Below, piece by piece: positions 1 through 9,823 of a stretch of DNA of 64,000 nt. The notes below the pieces were generated by a model that was not told the origin of the DNA, ran no database searches, and saw only the letters and a list, made by a program, of their open reading frames with translations. The stretch comes from a bacterium (GTDB lineage Bacteria; Synergistota; GBS-1), in the NCBI GenBank assembly GCA_030153785.1, contig JASKLF010000006.1, positions 1-64,000 of the forward strand, read 5' to 3'. Positions within the stretch are counted from its first letter, which is position 1; every line of letters starts with the position of its first letter. Both the position numbers and the translations under genes were made by a program.

Positions 1-78
1 TGCACCACCCATAGATAAGACCTCTTGTCGCTTCCCCTCAAGCTCGTTAATAAGCTCCTCTATGGTCCTCTCAGACAT
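1..78 (-). CDS. 5' part of a probable acyl-CoA carboxyltransferase subunit (methylmalonyl-CoA decarboxylase alpha / propionyl-CoA carboxylase beta); runs off the window
   Basis: Manual translation from ATG at 78 gives MSERTIEELINELEGKRQEVLSMGGA. A helical N-terminus ending in GG is typical of this family, and the gene directly follows the epimerase. Only 26 codons are visible. Confidence 0.6.
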   Translation of the reverse strand, partial: MSERTIEELINELEGKRQEVLSMGGA

Positions 79-87
79 GTCTAACCC

Positions 88-492
88 CTACCCCCTTTCG
101 CAGATTTCTATTAACACTCCCCCTGTAGACTTAGGGTGAAGAAAAGCTATTCTCGCTCCACCAGCACCTTTTCTCGGCTGCTCATCTATTAAAACAATCC
201 CCCTTTTTTTCAATTCGCGGATGGCATCCTCCAAATTATCAACCCTGAAAGCAATGTGATGAATACCTTCTCCCCTTTTTTCTATAAACTTAGCAACTGG
301 CCCATCAGGTGATGTAGATTCCAAAAGCTCTATTTCCGTATCACCTGTTGGTAAAAAAGCGGTTTTGACCTTCTGTTCTAAAACTTCTTCTACTCCCTCA
401 CACTTTATACCTAAGATATCCTCGTAAAGTTTCAAAGCATCAGATATACTCTTTACTGCTATACCTATATGATCTATTTTGAGAGTTTTCAT
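88..492 (-). CDS. mce: Methylmalonyl-CoA epimerase (VOC family)
   Basis: [25 protein letters not shown] and [13 protein letters not shown] motifs; mutase operon context. Confidence 0.95.
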   Translation of the reverse strand: MKTLKIDHIGIAVKSISDALKLYEDILGIKCEGVEEVLEQKVKTAFLPTGDTEIELLESTSPDGPVAKFIEKRGEGIHHIAFRVDNLEDAIRELKKRGIVLIDEQPRKGAGGARIAFLHPKSTGGVLIEICERG

Positions 493-507
493 TTCCTTAG
501 CCTCCTT

Positions 508-1443
508 TCAATAGAGATTATTTACTAACTCCTCAGCTATACTATAGGGGTCTCTCTTCCCATTAAGAACCAAGTCCACATAAAGATTCATCTGCTCCTT
601 GTTTAAGTTTTTAACTATTCTCTCTTTCAACATATCTTCAACTGCCTTACTTATTTCCTCTGCGATTCTCTTTCTTCTCCTTTTTTCCAACTCGCCACTC
701 TCGAGAAGATACTTTCTATGACCTTTCAACGCATTTATAAGCTTATCAACGCCCGTGCCGTTTTCAGCTATTGTCATCAAAACGGGAGGAACCCACGAGG
801 CACCTTTATATCCCAGTTCAATCCACGTTTCAAGTTCCCGCGTTAGCTTTTGAGCCCCCTCTTTATCAGACTTATTAACAACGAAAATATCACCTATTTC
901 CATTATACCCGCTTTAATTATTTGGACTTCGTCTCCCATTCCTGGCACAAGAACAATAATAACTGTATCCGCTGTCTTAACAATATCCACCTCACTTTGC
1001 CCAGCTCCTACCGTTTCCAAAATGATAAAATCAAACCCACAAGCATCAAGTAACTTTGCAACATAAGGCGCTGCTTTAGACAACCCACCTAAAGCACCCC
1101 TTGAGCCCATACTTCTTATGAAAACACCAGGATCGGTAGCGTGTCTTTGCATTCTTAACCTATCTCCTAAGAAAGCCCCGCCCGAGAAAGGACTAGATGG
1201 GTCTATAGCAATAACCCCTACTTTATATCCTTCCCCCCTCAGAAAACCCACCATTTTATCCACCAAGGTACTCTTACCAACACCAGGCGCACCAGTGATA
1301 CCTATGTAATAAGCTTTTCCTACTAAAGGAGCTATTTCCTTTAATAGTTCCCTTCTCTCTTCCCCCTCCTTTTCTAACACGCTTATCAGCTTACCTATGG
1401 CTACAAAATCACCCTTTAGCGCCCTCTCCAAAAGCTCCCTCAC
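508..1443 (-). CDS. meaB: Methylmalonyl-CoA mutase-associated GTPase MeaB
   Basis: [13 protein letters not shown]-loop, [31 protein letters not shown]. Confidence 0.95.
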   Translation of the reverse strand: MRELLERALKGDFVAIGKLISVLEKEGEERRELLKEIAPLVGKAYYIGITGAPGVGKSTLVDKMVGFLRGEGYKVGVIAIDPSSPFSGGAFLGDRLRMQRHATDPGVFIRSMGSRGALGGLSKAAPYVAKLLDACGFDFIILETVGAGQSEVDIVKTADTVIIVLVPGMGDEVQIIKAGIMEIGDIFVVNKSDKEGAQKLTRELETWIELGYKGASWVPPVLMTIAENGTGVDKLINALKGHRKYLLESGELEKRRRKRIAEEISKAVEDMLKERIVKNLNKEQMNLYVDLVLNGKRDPYSIAEELVNNLY

Positions 1444-1838
1444 TTCTTTACTACCTGCCTTATAAATTCTACCACCTTAGATATAGGAGTGCCAGGACCA
1501 AAAACTTCGGAAACTCCTATACTTTTCAACATAGACACATCCTCTGGAGGGATAACTCCACCCACAATTAAAACTATATCTGATATCCCCTTTTCCTTAA
1601 GAAGCTCAAGAACACGTCTACAATAGTATTCATGAGCACCTGACAAGATGCTCAAACCAATTACATCTACATCCTCTTGGATTGCGGTCTGAACTATTTG
1701 TTCAGGAGTCTGCCTCAAACCTGTATATATAACCTCTATACCCGCATCCCTAAGCCCCCTAGCTACAACCTTAGCCCCCCTATCATGGCCATCTAAACCT
1801 GGCTTAGCAATTAAAACCCTTATTCTTTCTTCAACCAT
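1440..1838 (-). CDS. Methylmalonyl-CoA mutase small, cobalamin-binding subunit
   Basis: [10 protein letters not shown] (DxHxxG B12 motif), SILSGAH, GGVIP. Start moved to ATG 1838 behind SD GAGGTGA. Confidence 0.93.
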   Translation of the reverse strand: MVEERIRVLIAKPGLDGHDRGAKVVARGLRDAGIEVIYTGLRQTPEQIVQTAIQEDVDVIGLSILSGAHEYYCRRVLELLKEKGISDIVLIVGGVIPPEDVSMLKSIGVSEVFGPGTPISKVVEFIRQVVKK

Positions 1839-1850
1839 CGTTCTCACCTC

Positions 1851-3536
1851 TTACAAAACAATTCTCTCTTCATAGACCCCAAAAACATCTCTAAGAACAT
1901 CACAGATTTCGCCCTCGGTTGCATAGGCTTTAACAGCTTCTAAAAAATAAGGCATAAGGTTAGTGCTATCATCAGCCGCCGCTTTTCTGAGATCTTCCAA
2001 AACTGATTTTACCCTCAAATTATCTCTTCTTTGCTTGAGCTCTTTTAGCCTTCTAATTTGCTTTTCAGCAATGGAAGGATCTACTTTGAGAAGCTCAAGG
2101 TTTCCTAAATCCTCTTCTATTTGGAACTTGTTTACGCCAACGATTATACGTTCTCCCTTTTCTATCTCAAGCTGATACCTATAAGCACTGTCTTGTATTT
2201 CTTTTTGAACAAATCCCTTTTCTATGGCCTCCACCATACCTCCAAGTTCATCTATCTTATTTATGAGCTTTTCAGCTTCCTCCTCTATCTTGTTAGTTAG
2301 CCACTCTATATAGTAAGAACCTGCCAAAGGATCAACCGTATTAGTAACTCCACTTTCATAAGCAATTATCTGCTGAGTTCTTAGCGCTATCCTTACCGAC
2401 TCTTCCGTCGGCAAGGCTAAAGCCTCGTCATAAGAATTTGTATGAAGCGACTGTGTCCCACCTAAGACAGCTGCAAGAGCTTGAATGGTAACCCTAATTA
2501 TGTTATTCAAGGGTTGTTGAGCTGTAAGAGTAGAACCACCTGTTTGGGTATGAAATCTCAACATCATCGCCCGCGGATTTGTAACGCCAAATCTTTCTTT
2601 CATTATCCTTGCCCATAACCTTCTTGCCGCTCTAAATTTCGCTATTTCCTCAAGAAAATCATTATGAGCGTTAAAGAAAAAGGAAAGCCTTTGACCAAAG
2701 ACATTTGGATCTAACCCTTTTTTAATAGCCGCTTCTACATAGGCGATTCCATCTGCAAGAGTAAAAGCTACTTCTTGAATAGCAGTAGCTCCTGCTTCCC
2801 TTATGTGATATCCACTAATGCTAATAGTATTCCACTTAGGAACATGCCGGCTTCCAAACTCAAAAGTATCAGTAATCAACCTCATAGAAGGTTTGGGTGG
2901 AAAAATATAAGTCCCTCTTGCAATGTATTCTTTTAGAATATCGTTCTGAATAGTTCCAGATAGTTTATCAAAAGACACCCCTTGCTTCTCTGCCACAGCC
3001 AGGTACATCGCCCATATAATAGCAGCGGGAGCATTTATAGTCATTGAAGTGCTAACTTTATCAAGAGGAATTCCATCAAACAGAATCTCCATATCTTCAA
3101 GCGAATCTATAGCTACTCCCACCTTACCAACTTCCCCTTGCGCTAAAGGATGATCAGAATCATATCCTATTTGTGTGGGCAAATCGAAAGCCACGCTCAA
3201 ACCTGTCTGTCCCTGCTTTAAAAGATATTTATATCTTTGGTTTGACTCCTCCGCAGTTCCAAAACCGGCATATTGACGCATAGTCCATAATCTACCCCTA
3301 TACATCGTAGGATGGATTCCACGTGTAAAAGGATATTCTCCAGGAAAACCAAGAGAATCAAGATAATCCATCTCACCAAGATCAACAGGAGTATAAACTC
3401 TGTCTACAGGAATATCAGAAATGGTCTTAAACTCCTCTTTCATCTCTGGAGCTTTAGCAGTAACCTTACTAAGCACATCCTTCTCCCATTTCCCCCGAGC
3501 AGCCTTAATTTTATCTAAAGCCTTCTGGTCAAACAC
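1851..3536 (-). CDS. Methylmalonyl-CoA mutase large, substrate-binding subunit (split type)
   Basis: [62 protein letters not shown]. Start moved to GTG 3536 behind a G-rich SD. Confidence 0.95.
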   Translation of the reverse strand: MFDQKALDKIKAARGKWEKDVLSKVTAKAPEMKEEFKTISDIPVDRVYTPVDLGEMDYLDSLGFPGEYPFTRGIHPTMYRGRLWTMRQYAGFGTAEESNQRYKYLLKQGQTGLSVAFDLPTQIGYDSDHPLAQGEVGKVGVAIDSLEDMEILFDGIPLDKVSTSMTINAPAAIIWAMYLAVAEKQGVSFDKLSGTIQNDILKEYIARGTYIFPPKPSMRLITDTFEFGSRHVPKWNTISISGYHIREAGATAIQEVAFTLADGIAYVEAAIKKGLDPNVFGQRLSFFFNAHNDFLEEIAKFRAARRLWARIMKERFGVTNPRAMMLRFHTQTGGSTLTAQQPLNNIIRVTIQALAAVLGGTQSLHTNSYDEALALPTEESVRIALRTQQIIAYESGVTNTVDPLAGSYYIEWLTNKIEEEAEKLINKIDELGGMVEAIEKGFVQKEIQDSAYRYQLEIEKGERIIVGVNKFQIEEDLGNLELLKVDPSIAEKQIRRLKELKQRRDNLRVKSVLEDLRKAAADDSTNLMPYFLEAVKAYATEGEICDVLRDVFGVYEERIVL

Positions 3537-3643
3537 ATCTACCCCCCCCAAGTAAGATTTATAAAATTTAAAAGTCAATTTAATTTTTTACAGTACATCC
3601 TTTATAAAATCCATACCTCAAAACACACAAAATGTCAAGATAT

Positions 3644-3684
3644 AAAAAGAACAGGGCTGCTTCCGAATCTCTAGAAGCAGCCCC
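3644..3684 (-). terminator. Intrinsic terminator between rtcB and the mutase operon
   Basis: Minus-strand stem GGGGCUGCUUCU / GGAAGCAGCCCU (3673-3684 with 3653-3664) followed by GUUCUUUUU. Confidence 0.8.
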
Positions 3685-3783
3685 TTTCCCTTCCCTTAAA
3701 AGGCTAGGGCAACTTATTAAATCACCGGCAGCTCCCCCTCGGGCAACACCCTGGGAAACGATGTTGCCCTTTTTGGAGGGAAC
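3644..3783 (-). promoter_or_regulatory. Candidate cis-regulatory structured RNA (riboswitch/attenuator-like leader of the mutase operon)
   Basis: Nested hairpin 3731-3783, a second copy of its 3' arm at 3706-3713, an antiterminator helix (3698-3706 with 3678-3686) and a terminator. G-U pairs work only on the minus strand. Confidence 0.5.
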
Positions 3784-5226
3784 TTAACCCTTTATAACCC
3801 CAATCGGTCTTAACCTAACTACCTTTTTAGACAATCCCGCTCTATCAACTATGTCAACAACCTTATCTATATTCTTGTAAGCTTCCGGAGCTTCCTCATA
3901 AAGAGTTCCTTTCTCACGAGCTTTGACCTTTACCCCCTTTTCCTCAAGCTCGCCAGTAAGATCTTTCCCTCTAAGATCCCTTACAGCAGCATGCCTACTC
4001 ATAACTCTACCTGCCCCATGACACGTAGAAGCGAAAGCCTCCTCCTCCGCTCTCTTAGTTCCTAACAGAACATAAGAAGGTGTTCCCATACTGCCAGGAA
4101 TTATTACAGGTTGCCCAACATTCCTATATATCTCCGGAACATAGGGAGAATTAGGACCAAAAGCCCTCGTTGCACCTTTCCTGTGAACACAAACTTCTAT
4201 TTCCTTACCATCCCACTTATGCCTTTCTATATGAGCAATATTATGAGAAACATCGTAAAGAAGCTTTAGATGGGCATCTTTGCCAAAAACATCATAAAAG
4301 ACTTCCCTTACCCAATGAGTTATTACTTCCCTATTAGCAAATGCATAATTTGTTGCTGCCGACATCGCTTGAAAGTAATCCTCTCCCTCTCTAGAATTTA
4401 TAGGAACACACGCAAGTTGTTGATCAGGCACCTTTATTCCATAATCCTTCATCTTTTTTCTCATTAACCTTACATAATCATCACATACTTGATGCCCCAA
4501 TCCTCTTGATCCACAATGAATCATTACCGTAACCAAACCCTTTTTCAATCCCCATTTATTAGCAATATCCTCAAGATAAACTTCCTCGATATACTGGACT
4601 TCAAGAAAGTGATTGCCAGATCCCAGAGTTCCAAGTTGGGGAGCTCCCCGCTCCTTGGCTTTTTTACTAACCTTATCGGGGTTAGCTCTTTTCATCCTCC
4701 CCCCTTCCTCAATACATAAAAGATCTTCCTTATTTCCGTATCCCATCTCAACTGCCCAATGTGCCCCTTTGTAAAGAACTTCGTCTAACTCACTATGCTT
4801 CAACCTTATTCTTCCTGTCTCGCCAACTCCACAAGGTACAGCAGAGAAAAGCCTATTAACAAGCAAGTCTATGCGCGATTCTACTTCCTCTTTTTCAAGG
4901 GGACTTACAAGGAGCCTAACACCGCAAGAAATATCGTAACCAACTCCTCCCGGAGATATAACCCCGTCTTCGATTCGCATTGCAGCAACTCCACCTATGG
5001 GAAAACCATATCCCCAATGAATATCAGGCATACCATAGGAATACCCTATAATACCAGGAAGCGTAGCCACATTCGCAACCTGTTCGTAGACTCGCTCCTT
5101 TTCCAAACCCTTCAGTATTTCTCTATCAGCATATATGAGACCGGGAACTCGCATCCCACTTTTATAATCTTTCGGTAAAAGCCACCTAACATCATCTATC
5201 TTCTTTAGAATATTCTCCACTCCCAT
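3784..5226 (-). CDS. rtcB: RNA 2',3'-cyclic/3'-phosphate--5'-OH ligase RtcB
   Basis: MPDIHWGYGFPIGGV, GYDISCGVR, GSGNHFLE, HCGSRGLG, HNIA, HRKGAT, PGSMG, STCHGAGR, EEAPEAYK. Confidence 0.95.
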   Translation of the reverse strand: MGVENILKKIDDVRWLLPKDYKSGMRVPGLIYADREILKGLEKERVYEQVANVATLPGIIGYSYGMPDIHWGYGFPIGGVAAMRIEDGVISPGGVGYDISCGVRLLVSPLEKEEVESRIDLLVNRLFSAVPCGVGETGRIRLKHSELDEVLYKGAHWAVEMGYGNKEDLLCIEEGGRMKRANPDKVSKKAKERGAPQLGTLGSGNHFLEVQYIEEVYLEDIANKWGLKKGLVTVMIHCGSRGLGHQVCDDYVRLMRKKMKDYGIKVPDQQLACVPINSREGEDYFQAMSAATNYAFANREVITHWVREVFYDVFGKDAHLKLLYDVSHNIAHIERHKWDGKEIEVCVHRKGATRAFGPNSPYVPEIYRNVGQPVIIPGSMGTPSYVLLGTKRAEEEAFASTCHGAGRVMSRHAAVRDLRGKDLTGELEEKGVKVKAREKGTLYEEAPEAYKNIDKVVDIVDRAGLSKKVVRLRPIGVIKG

Positions 5227-5241
5227 AAAACAACACCTCCA

Positions 5242-6729
5242 TTACGATTTTACCACATCTTTCCAGGGAACTCCCACTTTACCATCTAAATACGGTTTAA
5301 GATCGACATACTTCTCCAAGGTCTTAGCTGAAACTTTCCCATCAAGCAAAGAAATAACCTTGCCCAACTTAGCATCTCCTCTTGCAATCAAAGCTTCAAG
5401 CTGAGCTTCCCTCAGGCCATCCATTCTAATACTCACACTACTAAGCTTTCTGATCAACTTGATTCTCTCATGAAGCTCACCTATAGACAAAAAAGGTTCT
5501 TCCTCAAAGGGAGTAAAGGGTTTCGGTATAAATGGACTTATGTTAACTATAAAATTAACATCCTTAAATGTTTTCTTCAAATATCCAACAAAGTCAACTA
5601 TGTCATTTACATCACTTATAGTCTCTTCAGGCAATCCTATCATGAAATAAAGCTTAATTTTTCTAAAACCGAAATTGTAGATCAACATTATCTTTTCTTC
5701 AATAAGTTCGTTAGAAAAATCCTTCCCTATCCTTTTTCTTAGATCTTCGTTACCTGTTTCTGGTGCCAATGTTAAAACGTTTTGTCCACTCAACTTGAGC
5801 AATTTGAGTAATTTTTCAGAAATACCTTCCACCCTAAAAGAACCAAACGAAACTTTTCTTCCCTCGTTCAAAAGATAATCCAATAAATCCTCAAAATGAG
5901 GATGATCTGAAGCAACAGAACTTATTAGACCAAGTCTAATTTGGGGAGAAACGTTTTCTAATAAACTTTTTATCGTATCCAAAGACACGACCCTGAATGG
6001 ACTATAACACTGTCGAACAGGACAAAAAAAACAAGATCTAACACAACCTCTATTTAATTCTATTAACAAGGCACCCCTGAATTGATTCAAAGGAGTCCAA
6101 AGAGGTGCAATCAGAGAATGTTCGTTTAAATCCCTAACCCACCTTCTAGAAGTACATTCCTTAATTCCAGGAACTAAAACACCCTCTACCTCGGATAACT
6201 TTTCTAATACTTTTTCTTTTGGTCTCCCCATAAGGCTTTTAAGTATTACAACAATTTCTTTTACTACCTCTTCCCCCTCGCCACATACGATAAAATCCGC
6301 TATGGGGAAAAGAGGTAGAGGATTCATTGTTGGGAAAATACCACCTACCCCAATGATTGGATATGAACTTCTGCTTCTTTCCTCTCTTAAAACGGGGATA
6401 CCAGCATTCTTAAGAATACGGACAACATTAAGAAAATCTAACTCGTAAGATAAAGAGAATGTAATCACGTCAAACTCCGATAAACTTCTACCTTCTTCAA
6501 AGGAAAGAGGAGGATATCCACCCCACTTAAAAAATCTGGAAACAAAGACTTCCTTGTCACTAGCTAAAATTCTATATATATGAAGAAAACCCAAATTAGA
6601 AATACCAACAGAATAGGAGTTAGGATACACTAAAGCCCACCGGAGATACCCCTCGGGTTTCCAAAGAGGCTTAAGCCAGTGCTCCTTTTCTTTATAACGT
6701 AACGTCTCCCTCCTCCACTCCCAAAGCAT
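5242..6729 (-). CDS. Radical SAM protein with N-terminal B12-binding-like domain, function unknown
   Basis: CxxxCxxC (RGCVRSCFFC), N-terminal YPNSYSVGISNLG, GEGE, LAPETG, YFMIGLPEET, FIPKPFTPF. Confidence 0.85.
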   Translation of the reverse strand: MLWEWRRETLRYKEKEHWLKPLWKPEGYLRWALVYPNSYSVGISNLGFLHIYRILASDKEVFVSRFFKWGGYPPLSFEEGRSLSEFDVITFSLSYELDFLNVVRILKNAGIPVLREERSRSSYPIIGVGGIFPTMNPLPLFPIADFIVCGEGEEVVKEIVVILKSLMGRPKEKVLEKLSEVEGVLVPGIKECTSRRWVRDLNEHSLIAPLWTPLNQFRGALLIELNRGCVRSCFFCPVRQCYSPFRVVSLDTIKSLLENVSPQIRLGLISSVASDHPHFEDLLDYLLNEGRKVSFGSFRVEGISEKLLKLLKLSGQNVLTLAPETGNEDLRKRIGKDFSNELIEEKIMLIYNFGFRKIKLYFMIGLPEETISDVNDIVDFVGYLKKTFKDVNFIVNISPFIPKPFTPFEEEPFLSIGELHERIKLIRKLSSVSIRMDGLREAQLEALIARGDAKLGKVISLLDGKVSAKTLEKYVDLKPYLDGKVGVPWKDVVKS

Positions 6730-7820
6730 TACTTTTGATCGATATTCGGTGGACTCCCTCCCTTTCTTCTCCTAAGGTATGGAGGAATATCTAAGTCCTC
6801 TGTATCTATTATTGGGCTAAAAACATCAAAATCCATTAAAGGTTTAACTCTACTTGACTTGGCTTCAAATCCAGTAGCTATTACAGTAATTCTTATTTCA
6901 TCACTCATTTCCTCTTTGATTACCGCTCCGAAGATGATATTTGCATCTCTATCAGCAACCTTAGTTATCAAATCAGCCGCATCATTAACCTCTTTAAGCG
7001 TCAAATCCATACCTCCAGAAATGTTGAGCAATATACCCTTAGCCCCTTCTATGGAATTTTCAAGAAGTGGACTCGATATGGCCGCTTTAGCAGCTTCCAA
7101 AGCTTTGTTTTCGCCTCTTCCGTACCCTACCCCCATTAAAGCTGAACCTGCATCTTTCATTATCGTTTGGACATCAGCAAAATCCACATTTACAAGCCCA
7201 GGAACCATTATAAGATCAGAAATGCCCTGAACCCCCTGTCTTAATACATCATCTGCCATTCTAAAAGCTTCTACAAGAGATGTATTTTTATCTGCAACAT
7301 CGAGAAGCCTATCATTCGGTATAACTATCAGAGCATCAACTTTCTCTTTGAGAGACTTTATACCTTCCTCAGCCTGAAGCATTCTTCTTCTTCCCTCAAA
7401 AGTAAAGGGCTTAGTTACTACACCTACTGTTAATATGCCCAATTCTTTTGCAATCTCAGCTATAATAGGAGAAGCCCCTGTACCCGTTCCGCCCCCCATG
7501 CCTGCAGTTATAAATACCATGTCTGCACCTTTCAAGATTTCAGATATTTTCTCTCTGTCTTCCTCAGCTGCCTTTCTTCCTATTTCAGGGTTAGCTCCAG
7601 CTCCTAAACCCCGTGTTAGCTTCTCTCCTATCTGAAGCTTAACGGGAGCTTTAGACAAACTTAAAGCCTGTAAATCGGTATTAACGGCAATAAACTTAAC
7701 CCCATTTAAACCAGCTTCTATCATTCGATTCAAAGCATTACTTCCTCCCCCGCCAACCCCTATTACCCTTATTTCGGCACCAATTTTCCTTCCTTCCTCA
7801 TCTTTCACAATTTCTATCAT
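6729..7820 (-). CDS. ftsZ: Cell division protein FtsZ
   Basis: [16 protein letters not shown] tubulin signature, NVDFADV, C-terminal LDIPPYLRR. Start moved to ATG 7820 (SD GGAGGGTG). Confidence 0.98.
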   Translation of the reverse strand: MIEIVKDEEGRKIGAEIRVIGVGGGGSNALNRMIEAGLNGVKFIAVNTDLQALSLSKAPVKLQIGEKLTRGLGAGANPEIGRKAAEEDREKISEILKGADMVFITAGMGGGTGTGASPIIAEIAKELGILTVGVVTKPFTFEGRRRMLQAEEGIKSLKEKVDALIVIPNDRLLDVADKNTSLVEAFRMADDVLRQGVQGISDLIMVPGLVNVDFADVQTIMKDAGSALMGVGYGRGENKALEAAKAAISSPLLENSIEGAKGILLNISGGMDLTLKEVNDAADLITKVADRDANIIFGAVIKEEMSDEIRITVIATGFEAKSSRVKPLMDFDVFSPIIDTEDLDIPPYLRRRKGGSPPNIDQK

Positions 7821-7850
7821 GTTAATCACCCTCCAACGTTTTACCAACCT

Positions 7851-9107
7851 TTAAAAGAACTCTACAAACATTCTTATTATTCGCTCTTTTAATCTATCAA
7901 ACCAACTCTCTCCACCAATAAGACTGCCTCTGTAATGCCTATCACCAGAAGTCCTTTGCTGAATACCATATTTAACCAAACCAACCGCTGTGGAAAAAAT
8001 TGGACTTGAAACCATCTCTGAAAGGCCCCCTACATCTCTCGGTCTACCAATTCGAACAGGTAAATCAAGCATCTTCATAGCCAAATCATCTATACCCTTT
8101 AACAAGGCAACTCCACCTGTCAAAACAACACCCGCAGGAAGATACATAGCACACTGCGATTTTCTTAGATTTTCCCTCACCAAAAAGAAAATCTCTGCTA
8201 CCCTCGCCTCAATGACATCACACAGTTCCCTATGAGATATCCTACTGTTCGAGGCTCCTTTACCCAAAGCCGTCTTGAGCTCAATGTCTAAACCGCTTTC
8301 AGCATAATCTACAGAGGCACAACCATATTTTATTTTAATCTCCTCAGCCATACTAAGGGGAATCTTAAATATGGCAGCTATATCACTCGTTATATGATCC
8401 CCTCCAACAGGGATAACCGCTGCATGACGTATATTACCCTCTAAAAACACAGCAATATCCGTAGTACCACCACCAATATCTATAACAAGAACCCCAAGCT
8501 CTTTTTCCGTAGGAGATAAAACAGCTTCCGCCGAAGCTATAGGTTCCAATAGCATTCCTTCAAGAACTAAACCCGCCCTTGTTACGCAATTTACCGTACT
8601 CTGTATAGATGTATAGGAACCTAATACTATGAGAACCTCGGTTTCCAATTTTATACCAGCCATACCTATAGGATCTTTTATCCCTCTTTGTCCATCAACT
8701 ATAAACTCCATAGGCAATACATGAATAGTCTTTTTATCTTGTGGAATGGAAACTGCCTGAGCTGCCTCCATAGCCCTGTTTACATCCCCAAGACTAATTT
8801 CTCGAGCCTCACCACTTACCAAAGTAACCCCTCTGTTCCTCAGTGTAGAAATATGAGAACCTGCTACTCCAACATAAACACTATTTATACTAACTCCTGA
8901 TCTCTGCGAAGCTTCCGATACAGCTTTATTAACACAATCTATAACCCCATCAAGGTCTACAATAACCCCCTTCCTCATTCCCTTTGACCTAACAAGACTT
9001 AAACCTTTTACCTCAAGATTTCCATCCTCGCCCGGCTCAGCAACAAGAGCACAAACCTTGGTGGTTCCTATATCAAGACCCACAATAGTCTCTGACTTTC
9101 CCTTCAT
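7851..9107 (-). CDS. ftsA: Cell division protein FtsA
   Basis: GLDIGTTKV, IDIGGGTTD, VLTGGVA and a C-terminal amphipathic helix ending in EFF. Confidence 0.97.
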   Translation of the reverse strand: MKGKSETIVGLDIGTTKVCALVAEPGEDGNLEVKGLSLVRSKGMRKGVIVDLDGVIDCVNKAVSEASQRSGVSINSVYVGVAGSHISTLRNRGVTLVSGEAREISLGDVNRAMEAAQAVSIPQDKKTIHVLPMEFIVDGQRGIKDPIGMAGIKLETEVLIVLGSYTSIQSTVNCVTRAGLVLEGMLLEPIASAEAVLSPTEKELGVLVIDIGGGTTDIAVFLEGNIRHAAVIPVGGDHITSDIAAIFKIPLSMAEEIKIKYGCASVDYAESGLDIELKTALGKGASNSRISHRELCDVIEARVAEIFFLVRENLRKSQCAMYLPAGVVLTGGVALLKGIDDLAMKMLDLPVRIGRPRDVGGLSEMVSSPIFSTAVGLVKYGIQQRTSGDRHYRGSLIGGESWFDRLKERIIRMFVEFF

Positions 9108-9823
9108 TTTTCTCTCTCCCTTACTATTACCATATCATTGAATCTCATGTCAAAAATCAGGTTCTTCGCTCTTTTCTTCTTAGAAAGTTCTTCAAGAACT
9201 TTTCTCAACTTAGATAAACTCATTGGTATACTTTCTCCCTTAGAAAAGAAAATATCATAGTCTCTACTTTTCACAAAAATATAATTCTCCTTAACATCTA
9301 TTTCCTCGATACCATTCATAGCAGAAAACAGATTTATCAACTCCCTTAAGTCAAAAGCTTCTACCTCTTTACCAGGAACCCAGACAATTTCCTTATAATA
9401 CTTCACAACACATAATCCTTTAGGGAGTTTTTTTACATCCAAAACGGGCCAAAGCAATCCTCTTAAACTCATCAGCCACAAACCATTAGGAGACTTAATA
9501 ACAGCAATTGGCAGTTGATCCTCTAACTCTATAATCACAGAAGAGGGATATTTTTTGACTATACGCACCACCTTTACAAACCATCTTTTCTCTATTTCAA
9601 AAACTAAATCTTCTTCGTTCACTAACCAAATGTTTTTCCCTATGGGTAGGATACCTGCTTTCTCCAAACTCTTTAGAGAAACAGCAGCAGATCCCTTCAC
9701 TTCACAGTAGTCTACCTTAAAAAAATCAGATTTAAAAACAAAGAAGTAGAAAGTCCAAACACAACTAACAGCAAAAACAATTTTAAAGATAAATCGCGAT
9801 TTCCGGCTCAAGTTCAACCCCAA
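9104..9823 (-). CDS. ftsQ: Cell division protein FtsQ/DivIB
   Basis: Single TM helix, POTRA-like segment (FFKVDYCEVKG...KKYPSSVIIELED), C-terminal DMRF; lies between murB and ftsA. Confidence 0.75.
   Translation of the reverse strand: MGLNLSRKSRFIFKIVFAVSCVWTFYFFVFKSDFFKVDYCEVKGSAAVSLKSLEKAGILPIGKNIWLVNEEDLVFEIEKRWFVKVVRIVKKYPSSVIIELEDQLPIAVIKSPNGLWLMSLRGLLWPVLDVKKLPKGLCVVKYYKEIVWVPGKEVEAFDLRELINLFSAMNGIEEIDVKENYIFVKSRDYDIFFSKGESIPMSLSKLRKVLEELSKKKRAKNLIFDMRFNDMVIVREREK

Noticed and set aside
3650..3774. Plus-strand sRNA ending at the hairpin plus TTTTT (3741-3774)
   Set aside because: The stems contain A-C mismatches on the plus strand that are G-U pairs on the minus strand, and there is no convincing plus-strand promoter.
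3644..3783. Cobalamin riboswitch, SRP RNA, tRNA/Y RNA or self-cleaving ribozyme as the identity of the element after rtcB
   Set aside because: AAGGGAA is present but not the following GGTG..AA.TCC B12 core. I see no SRP loop motif, cloverleaf/T-loop or hammerhead CUGANGA core by eye. An Rfam search is still needed.
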